Source: Bilabrum cf. latius
Lineage: Eukaryota
Direction: 5' to 3'
Length of the DNA stretch: 64,000 nt
Assembly (NCBI GenBank): GCA_965178125.1
Contig: OZ237763.1
Location: 682,001 to 746,000, forward strand
Part shown: in pieces, positions 49,743 through 58,953 of the stretch
Position numbering within the stretch: position 1 is the stretch's first letter
Layout: every line of letters starts with the position of its first letter
Translations under genes and position numbers: made by a program
Notes under the pieces: generated by a model
Databases searched by the model: none
What the model was told of the DNA's origin: nothing
What the model saw: only the letters and a program-made list of their open reading frames with translations

Positions 49743-52561
49743 GTGCACATTGTTACGATGCGCAGCAACGGCTCTGCGCTGGCCGTGCACACGATCGACT
49801 CGAACTCTGGAGAACTTCCTGTGGCCGACATGGCCCGGAAGAACAACTTTGGAGACTTCATTGCCAGCATGGGCGACGTTAACCAGGACGGCGTGCCAGA
49901 CCTGCTCGTGGGGAACGCTGGCAGGTCTAGCGGCACGAATAGAGACAAAGGCCTAGCTTTCGCCATCTTGCTGAATGCGAATGGCACGGTCAAGGGTAGT
50001 CTGGTCATCGACACTACGCAGGGCAGCTTGGGCATCTCCAGGGGGCTTGCTTACTTCGGGTACGGCGTGGGCACTATCATGACCGGGAATGAGATGGTGG
50101 CCGCAGGGGCATCTGGGGGCTGCAAGGTGGCCATCCGGGACGATGGTGAGTCATTCATGATCGTGAACCTGGAGTCGAACCTAACACTGGGCGAATCCAC
50201 CCAGATCAGCTGCAGCCAGCTGGGCGCCGGCACGCGCTGCCAGGGATTCTTCGGCTCCGCCATTACAGGTATCGGGGATTTAGATAACGATACAGTCTTT
50301 GATGTTGCAGTCATGGCCCCAGGGGCTCAGGGTGGGTACGGTGCGATTTTTGTGGTCATGCTCAACGCCGACGACACGGTCAAAGGGTACCAGGAGCTAT
50401 CAAGCTCTCGTGGCGGCTTGGGCGACTTCACTCCGTTCAGACAGTACAGGATGGGCAACGTGCGCCAACTAAGCGCGGCTGACCTCAACGGAGACGGGCT
50501 CAGAGATCTGGTGTTCGGCGACTGGGTGTCCAGCAGGGCGCTCGTGCTCTTCCTCGGCAGTAATGGCGTGGCCTTTGGCGGTCAGGACGCCAAGTTTTCT
50601 GAACGCATGGCACCCACAGAGGTCACTAGCACCGGTGACACTGGGTACGTTGTTGCACCCGTTGGGGATGCAAATGGAGACGACTACGTAGACCTGGTTG
50701 TCACATCGGGGCAGTTCCGGTCTGGAATGTCCCTGATTTACGTGAACAGGCAGCCGCCCAGCCCATCTCCAAGTCCATCCATGTCGTCTACGCCGTCCAT
50801 TACCCCCAGCCAAACTCCTACACCCTCTGCTACGCCGAGTGTCTCTGCATCTCCTAGCATCACTCCTAGTGGCTCCAGCTCAGCGGCGCCGGCATCGGGT
50901 GGTGGAGGTAACGGAGGAACCTCGCCGCAGCCCTCTGCCTCTGCCGCTCCATCGATGCAGCCGCTGACTGATGAGGACTACCTGCTTCGTGCCCCATCCA
51001 CCTTTGAGTCAGTGTCTCTGGGGCGCTCAGATGACTCAAGTAGCAACGAGCCCGCAGTGTTCCAGACGACCTCCAACGACGAGCTTGGCAGCAGCATCGC
51101 CGCCATGGTGGATGCACAGGGAGCAAGCACTGGGTTCGTGGTGGGGGCACCTGGTGACAGCTCCGGAGCAGGAGCTGTCCATGTCGTCAGTACGGTGGAA
51201 TCTGGCGTTTCCGTTGGCAGTCGGCTCAGCAGCTTCAAAGTTTCGCAAGCAGACATTGGCACAAACTTCACGCGGGCGGGCTGCGACGTGATCCCGATTG
51301 GATTCGCAAGTATCGACTCGAGCCTCGAGGACATGCTAATCGGGGCGCGCAGCACCGCACCTCTCTCGGGCTTCCAGCACCTGGATGCGAGCCTCCTTGC
51401 TGACGACCGTCTCATCCTCGTGGACATTGCGAGCAACGGGTCTGTAACGCCGATTGGACAAATTTCGCGCATTGACGTGCTCCCGGACACGGTCGGCAAC
51501 GGATAGATTGCGCTTCCGTCCAAGTACACCGTCCTGCAGCGCTCGCAGTCGGCAGGCGGCAACGCCGTCATCGCTGGAACAAGTGGTGGGAGTATCGTGC
51601 TGCTGAGCTTGGACACCTCGCTCGCAACCGCCGCCAATGCATCCATCGTCTCTGCCGCCACGGTTATCGACGTGGCTGCGAATGGACAGCTATCCGCGTT
51701 GGTACCGGGGCAGTTTTCGCTCGGCGAGATCAAGGCGCTTCCTGCACAGACGGGTGCGGGTCTGTCCAAATGCGTCGCAGCTCTGAAGGACGGAGGAGGC
51801 AATCCGCTCGGAGTCGCTGTGATCACGTTTGAGGCGCAAGCAGGCGGAGGGCCTTTTACCGTGTCCTCTGCGAACCTCCTGAATGCCACGAAGCCGCGTT
51901 CGACGTCGCGCTTCCATTCTCTGCAGCCGCGGTGTTCACTGAACCAGTGTTCCCTGTAGGTGACCTGAACGCGGATGGGATCCAGGACGTGGGCATGGGG
52001 ATCAGCGGCCTGTCCGGAGCTCTGGACGGAACAGACATGTTCGTGACCATGTCGGCATCAGCCGAGCCCGAGGGCGCCTTCCTGGTGCCAGTGGACCGTC
52101 CACAGACCTCCATCCCAGAGGCGGTGGGCGTCATCCCTGTGGGAGATGTCGACGGAGACGGCTTACCAGACTTGATCACGACGGACCCGACTACCGGCAC
52201 CGTGGCGGTGCTCCAGCAGCAGCCGCTCCCCGGTCGGGACGCCAACGCTACGGGCTGGGATCGTGGCGACGAACTGGATCCGCATGGGCTCATTAATCAG
52301 GTCGAAGTACCGGTACCAGGCAACGATCCTGGCTCTGAGGACCCGGACGACGGCGGCATCTCTATCGTTATAATTGTGGTCATCGCCGTCGCGGCCACCC
52401 TCATCGTAGGGGGTGGGACTGCTTTCGCGTGGTACGCAGGGGTCTGCCGCCGGTCCCGCAAGGGTGACAATACCCCAGACAAACCAGAAGTCGCGGCGGC
52501 AGTGGTAGTTGCGTCCGGCAAGGGTGGAGATGGCAAGGTCGTTGAGGCCGAAGAGGTGTGA
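49743..52561 (+). CDS. Integrin-alpha-like FG-GAP repeat type I membrane protein with Ser/Pro/Thr linker; lacks N-terminus; one frameshift near 51890
   Basis: GDVNQDGVPDLLVG, GDLDNDTVFDVAV, ADLNGDGLRDLV, GDANGDDYVDLVV, VVGAPG, GDLNADG, GDVDGDG; single TM helix ISIVIIVVIAVAATLIVGGG. TAG 51504 is read through; ends at TGA. Confidence 0.8.
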
Positions 52562-52594
52562 AGGCCGAAGAGGTGTGCAGGCCGAAGAGGTATG
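52545..52594 (+). repeat. 3 x 17-bp tandem repeat (AGGCCGAAGAGGTGTGN) spanning the stop codon
   Basis: Directly visible. Confidence 0.85.
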
Positions 52595-53248
52595 CTTGAC
52601 GAAGAAATTCAGCGAGGCGATACGGTTGCCGTTCTGGTCGTGACTCCAGAGTGTGGACTCTTGCTGAGCTCCTCTTGTTTTGCTTGCTCAGAGTTCAGAA
52701 ACAAATGAGTAGATCCACCAGTGTATTGTGCCAAGATTCAAAAGCGACAGGGCACAAGACCTGCGGTAGACTCCCGCCGCGCAGTCACCTGGTCCACCGG
52801 GTCGCCCCCCGCGACCCCTGCCGGCACGACCGTTGCGCCTTGTCTCAGGGAAACGGCTCCTCGCCAGTGGGTCAATCAACGCACACAAATCACTACATCC
52901 CCAGGCAGCCCTCGTGGCTGCCTCCCCCTTTTGCCGAGTCGTGAGTGGGTGGGAGAGAAGAAAGTTCCTGGCTGAGCATGCGTCTGTGCTTGCTTTGCTA
53001 ATCCTGGTTGGTGCAGAGGCTATTCTCTCTCTTTCCCACGTGTAGCCTCGAATCGGAATTACACCTCGCGGGTCGATCACACGATCACACGTGTCCGTAC
53101 TATGCCAATGCAGTAAAAATTCCAGTGGATAGCGCGTAGTTGGTGAGGCCAGCAAGGTCTCTGAGATTGAGGTCGCTCGGTGGGCGCAGGACCCGCTCGA
53201 GGAGCAGGCTCAGATGCGACGTAGCGATGCGGAGGAGTGCGAGAGAGA

Positions 53249-54222
53249 ATAGATATATCTGTGCGAGAGAGAGAATATAATATGTCTGAGTCAAAGCACA
53301 CACTACCCAACTACAACGACCACCCCAAGAGGCAATCGCACTGGGCAGGTCGAACGGATCAGCAAGCTCACGCCATGGGCTCCGCAAGCTGGGCCGCTCC
53401 TCCGTGGGGGAGTTGCGCTGCTTGCGGTCCATCTGCGTTCGCGATGCCTTCGTGTTCGATTGCGTTCGGATCAGCCGCCTCGTCCGGTGCTGCACCCTCA
53501 GCTCCTACTGCAGCTGCAGCAGGTACTGCGGGCACAGCTGGCGCTCCAGCTGCATCCAAACCCTACGCACCACCAGCTCCACCAGCCTGCTGTAGTGCCA
53601 CTCCTAGCTGCGCAACTCCCGCTGCCAGCTCTCCCACCTGACCACCAGCTCCTGCTGCGGCCGCTCCCTGTGCGCCGGTTGCCTCCCTCTGCTTCAGCAG
53701 CTCACAAGCGTTAAGGTTAAATTTGCTCGTGAAAGCTGCGTTCCGCATGGCGACCAACCTGGCGATATCCCGAGCCCAGAACCTGACCTGGGCATCCACT
53801 GACTTGCTCCCATTCTTCCCGAGCCGCTTACGCCTGATGCGTGCTAGCAGCTTGAGGACCCCTCTGGCTCCATCTCCGATCCTGCCTGAAGGCTGGATCA
53901 CAAAATCCCGAAAGATCACCGTTTTGGGATTTTTCAGCGTCTTCACTGGGTTCCCCGTCGCCCCCGTGGGGATACGACCAGCCATCCTCCGGTGCGGAGG
54001 CACCTCCAGATGAACCTCCCTGTGTTTCCTGAATGCTCCCCTGACCCAGGCAGTCTCATCCTGGTAGTCCGAGCCCACGGGCTTCGCAGGTCAGGTGCGT
54101 TCCCCCTCGTGTGCTCCCTTCTTGAACCTCTAGTTGATCGGTGCGAGTGCGGCTTGGGCAAGCGGGTCCACGCAAGTCACATCGACTAGGATCTCCTTCT
54201 CCCCTGGTCCTCTGTGGATCAT
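53249..54222 (-). mobile_element. 5'-truncated, degenerate RLE-type non-LTR retrotransposon fragment, related to but distinct from the 38.7-43.0 kb element
   Basis: ILVDVTCVD, VGSDYQDE, FRDFVIQPSGRIG and LLARIRRKR parallel IDVTVVD, IGSDWQEG, VVPFVVDVLGGIG and VLDKLRKKR. TAG at 54130 and 53563, one disabling TGA at 54091, end TGA 53368. Flanked by TGCGAGAGAGA on both sides. Confidence 0.8.
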
Positions 54223-54474
54223 TGCGAGAGAGAGAGAGAGAGAGAGAGGGCAGCTAGGGGGGGGAGGGTAGAGCAAAGGGAGGGGGGGACGACGGTTCAC
54301 CGGAACGGGGGAGGAAATGGTGGAAGAGAAGATGATCGGTGGGGTCATTGGGTTGATGAGACGGATAGGAAGGGGGAGGCACAGGCCGGGCAGGTGTGGG
54401 TTGGGCATGTGTGACGAGTGACTCGGATCAGGGGGATCGGATCACCGACCACATGCGGATGTGGAAGTTGAGAG

Positions 54475-56129
54475 CAGGGCTGCGCGTTATTAAGGGCTCC
54501 TTAATAACGTGGATTTTCACCCGCGGAGGCCTTAATAACGGAAGTCACTTTGTCACCTCAACACCCCATAACAATGGGCAAAAATACTAAATATAGTTTA
54601 AATACTTAATATTTTATTCGTATGGGCAGATTTATTATCGATGTTGGTATTATTGAGCCAGTATGAGCGTGCTACAATTCAATCCTTCAACGTCCAACCC
54701 ACGCAGGTCGGCATTAGGCCAAGAAAAGGCAGACAACGCCGCCAAAGTCTAGCACGCATAGCATGGTCGAATAATGCCTACTCAGAATAGCCTGCTGGTA
54801 TTCGTAAATTTCACCAGGCTAAGAGTGCAGCTGAGCTACTACTGAAGCTAGGTGCAGGGCTCCTTTTGGGTGCAAGACTGTGTGGCCCGACCGGACATTA
54901 CTCTAATGTACTCCACATTGTTACTGGTATTGATACAATATCCGGTGCGAAGGAGCTTGAGGCGCGATTAATGCGTCTGCTGGTGCAGCACGACGATCCG
55001 GGATCTGCACACCCTTGTACCTGGGCTCCCCAACACCTTCTCAGAGAGCCCGAAGCAAAGGCTATGGCGTCTTGCTGGCGGACTCAGCGTGCTAGAACTA
55101 TACAGGCGTAGGAAACGAAGGGAAAGCACGCCATATCCGCGATACTGAAGATGAATTTGGATGCATTATCGTTGGCTGTTCGGGCTCCTCGGGTCTTGGG
55201 CAAGGCATGGCTCGAGAAGAACAAGTGGTGGATGCTGCCAAGCACCGCCGTTGGCTTTGCGTTCATCACTGCTGAGGATGGGCTGGTGCTGATGGATTCG
55301 TACGAAGCTTAGGCATACCACAAGCGTGAGCTTCTCCGACCGAAGCAGACGCAATAGCATCTGTTGGGTAGGCAGGCCGCAATGACGCCCTTAACAAGGA
55401 TCTCGCACCAGGAATAAGCATCGGACAGGCTGCAGATGACGGTAAATGTTTGTTCAACTCGCTTGTGCAGCTGCTTCCTAAGGGCCCGACCACCTCATAG
55501 CCTTGTAGGTTGCGCAAGGCCATCGTTGACGAGGTCGAAAAGGGCATGGGCGACTTCGTCAGGGGAGGCTCGACAGTTCTTGAGAAGATGATGCAGACAC
55601 CTGACGGCACGGAAAAGATGCTGATCTTGTATTAGTACGTGAACATGCGCAAGGACGGTGTGAGGGGTGGTCAAATCGAAGAAATGGCTGCAGCGAGGGC
55701 GCTATCGTGGTCTGTACCCTTGGACCTGATGCGTACTTCTACTCGGTGCATGTCCCCTCCTCATCCCGTCAAGTGGTCGCCATACACTTGATGGGCTCCC
55801 ACTACAGCCCGTGCCATGCAAGCCATGTGGTTCTGCGAGCCTTGGTCGTCGAGCACGAGTGAAGGGTGTCATGGCTTCTTGTGGCTATCCGGCAAGCGTC
55901 ACAGCCTGGATAACTACCAGAATGTATTGCTTTGTAGTATACTAAGATGTTGTTTATAGTATGTGGCATATATATCATGCATAACTCCCAATGTAAGGAC
56001 TAAATGAAGAAGATCCAATGACCCGATCTTAATAACGTGGATTATTTTGAAAATCCTGTTAATCACCGGCTTAATCACGGATCTTGGGTCCCGGTATTAA
56101 GGTTTTGGCCTTAATAACGCACAGCCCTG
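54475..56129. mobile_element. 1,655-bp non-autonomous TIR DNA transposon with 8-bp TSD (hAT- or P-like ends)
   Basis: TIR CAGGGCTG[C/T]GCGTTATTAAGG (21 bp, 1 mismatch). Perfect TSD GTTGAGAG at 54467-54474 and 56130-56137. Subterminal CTTAATAACG repeats near both ends. No transposase recognised. Confidence 0.92.
55381..55862 (+). pseudogene. Frameshifted OTU-family cysteine protease domain inside the TIR element
   Basis: ADDGKCLFNSL (Cys codon 55447), RLRKAIVD and MRKDGVRGGQIEEMAAARAL. After a frameshift near 55705: IVVC...AIHLMGSHYSP (His codon 55800). Two in-frame TAGs. Confidence 0.7.
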
Positions 56130-56385
56130 GTTGAGAGGTCACAATTAGACTCGAGCGGCAATCAAGCCGCGTGCTATTCGGGCGCTGAGGGGCAGCGTTC
56201 GCCAGTTTTCTTTTCGGAGGAAACCAACTGCAACCATGTGTGACTGTCTGCGAGATTAGGGTGCTGTGTACAACGTGTGATCTCAGACCGACAAGAAATC
56301 GGCTTCCATTTGCGCGCTCCAAAACAAGGGTACCCGAGAAAGTTCGATGGAGGGGGCCTAATGCGGATAGCCTCTGAGTCGTTTG

Positions 56386-58435
56386 TCACACGGTGCCGTA
56401 CTGCACCTGCCTTGCGCCGGCTCCTCTTCCAGTCGACCTGACACCATTTCCTCCCCCGCTCGCCTTCGACAGCAGCGGCGACCCGGAACCCAAATCTCCA
56501 TCCTCCCCCTCCCCCTCTCCCTCCTCAAGGCCATCCGAGCCCCCACTCGTGTCCAGCACATCGTCGCTCGAGCAGCCATCCGGCACCAGGGCGCTGAAGA
56601 CACCCCCGCCCCTCGCTCCGGCGGCACCAGCTGCCAGCAGCCCGCGCCCCCCTTCCCCCTTGCCTCTGCCCACCATGCTGATGCCGCTGCCCGCCCTCGT
56701 CACCCCGCCGCGCCTGCGCCCACGCATCCCCCTCTTGCCCTCGTCCTCCTCGTCTTCGTCATCGTCCTCACCCCCTTCATCCTCGCCCTCTGCGCATCCC
56801 CTCACACTCGCCCCTGCCAGCCCCGACCCCCCTTGCCCACCCCCCTCTCCATCTTCCTCATCGGAGTCCACCTCAACTCCCAGCAGCTCCTCCGGTGTGG
56901 AGGCCTCCTTCAGGCACCGCTGGGCCCACTCTGTTCTCGACCAAAAGTACCCGCCCACAAGCGCGGCTGCGTTGAACCCCGCGATCACCCACAGCTGCCA
57001 GTTCACCTCGAGGATGGCGAAGAAGAACACGATCACGACGAACTTGGGGATGGATATGGCCCACCCGCCCCAGGTCCCAAATGGCACGGCGAACGGCCTC
57101 CTCAGGGCGGGCTTGGTGTGCTTGAGGTAGAGGAAGGAGGCGATCTCGAGGAGCAAAGAGACGTTGTTGCTCGCGGTGTCGATCACAGCCAGCTCCGAAA
57201 ACGAGAAGGACATCAAGAAGGCCACGAACACGGCCTGCGCCAGGATGGCGGGCACCGGGGCCCTCCCCGGCCCGACCCTCCATCCCAGGAACCGCGGCAC
57301 CATCCCGAAATCTGCCATGCGCTGCAAGGCCCTAGAGCTTGTGGACATGACGGCGTTGAATTCCCCCAGCACGGAAAATGAAGCGGCCACCACCACCCAG
57401 ATGCCCAGCCACGGGGCGATCTCTCGGGCGATCTTCGCGAATGACCCGTCGTCCCACTCGTCATAGTCCCGCTCCACCCCCGCGCCCACGGCCACAGGCA
57501 CCACGTAGTTGGCCACGATGATGATGGAGGCGATGCCGACGGCGTACGGGTATGTGCTCCTTCCGTCCTTGACCTCGCCTGCGATGCAGCCCAGCGAGTC
57601 CCACCCCTGCATGCTCCACAGGAGGGCTGCGATGAAGGGGGCCCACTCGATCTCGCCCCTCGAGTGCCCCACGCTGCCGAGCTGCGGGGGCGCCAGGAAG
57701 GGCTCGACGCAGAAGGGGGCGAGCACGAAGAAGGTGAACCCGATGGAGGTCAGGGCCACAATTTCCAGCCCCCGGCAGTTCAGAGCCACCACGATGGCCA
57801 GCGCACATGCCTTCAGGATCCACTTCTGCACCCCGCCCTCGGCCCACGGCCACACCTGGGCCACGTACTCCGCGAAAAGCACCGGGTAGATCGGAAGGTC
57901 GAAGAGATTTGACAGCAAGGAGTTGGCTCCGTTGATAAATCCCCAATACGGCCCAAGCGATTCGAACACCCAGGTGATGTACCCGCCGTTGCGAGTGTAG
58001 ATGGTGCTCAGCTCAGCTGCGGGAAGCGTCTCGGATGGGATGGATTGCAAGGAGATTGGAAGTCCCAGCCCACGCGCGGTAACAAACTGCAGTCACAATA
58101 CTAGCACAACCGCGTGCTACGCGCTCACCCGTCATAAACCCCTGCGGAAGGCCCCAAACGACCGCCAAGGCAGCAACGCCGATTATGGTAGGAAGCGGGC
58201 CAGCTGCACCTACCGCAGCTTCAATACCAAACGGTCCTCCAGTGACAGCCTAGAATGCAATGAATGCAAGACTAAGTGCTGCAACAGTTCGCGCAGGAGC
58301 CGCCCCAGTCACATCCAGCACGGACGAAAGCACCTCCTCAGCTTGCGTCGGCTTCTCAAGCGTCTTAGAGCCGGGCAACGACCTTGCACCGCTAAGTGGC
58401 GCATCATGCGAGGGCCCAACACTAGTTTGAGCCAT
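56386..58435 (-). CDS. APC-superfamily amino acid/polyamine permease (plant LAT/PUT-like), ~645 aa; intron 58017-58128
   Basis: F*AVTGGPFGIEAAV, VWGLPQGFMTA/ELST..NGGY..WV, GWDSLGCIAGEVKD, SSRALQRMADFGMVP, LRRPFAVP. TAG at 58250 lies in TM1. A GTGAGC...CCCGCAG intron fits in phase; ends at TGA. Confidence 0.9.
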
Positions 58436-58555
58436 TATCGGCCGTAATTCATCTGCTGAGATGCAACTGTGGCCAAGTTTTCCGTGCAGTTGCAGTTTAA
58501 ATCATTTTCGACACTGTACAAAGGAAGAAAAATCATCCACTTGTCTCTCACAAGC

Positions 58556-58816
58556 ATGGGAAACGGAGAAAGTAAGCCAGCGGCTGATGAAACTCATACG
58601 TATTTCAAAGTAGAGATGAGCTGCGGGGGCTGCTCAGCCGCGGTCACGAGGATTCTTACAAAGGTTGAAGGTGTGGAAAAAGTTGAGGCAAGCCTGGATG
58701 ATTAGGAGGTGTTGGTAACCCATTCGAAGGATGCTAGTGTCGAAAAAATGCTTGAAGGATTGAACAAGTGGTCTGAGTCCTCAGGAAAGTCTGTGTCGCT
58801 CGTTCCTAAGAGCTGA
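58556..58816 (+). CDS. ATX1: Atx1/ATOX1-like HMA-domain copper chaperone (86 aa)
   Basis: FKVEMSCGGCSAAVTRIL..VEKVEASLDD*EVLVT..KMLEGLNKW...SGKSV. The HMA fold is complete only if TAG 58703 is read; ends at TGA 58814. Confidence 0.9.
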
Positions 58817-58953
58817 GAACGGTGGCTGACCCGGATATAGAGGACGTGGCACCCGGACACCGTGAAAAGATGGGCTTTTGTTCCCAAACACGATTGTGCT
58901 GGTATCAACAACATCAATACAAGTCACGCACAACATGTACCACGAATATTCGG

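Larger units (their letters stand above)
53138..56209. repeat. Dispersed repeat 'X', copy 2, split into three pieces (53138-53250, 54223-54474, 56130-56209) by two insertions
   Basis: Removing the two insertions regenerates a sequence colinear with 37933-38425. Confidence 0.85.

Noticed and set aside
52600-53130. GC-rich hairpin-prone intergenic segment as an ncRNA
   Set aside because: No recognisable tRNA, snRNA or rRNA signature could be supported by eye.
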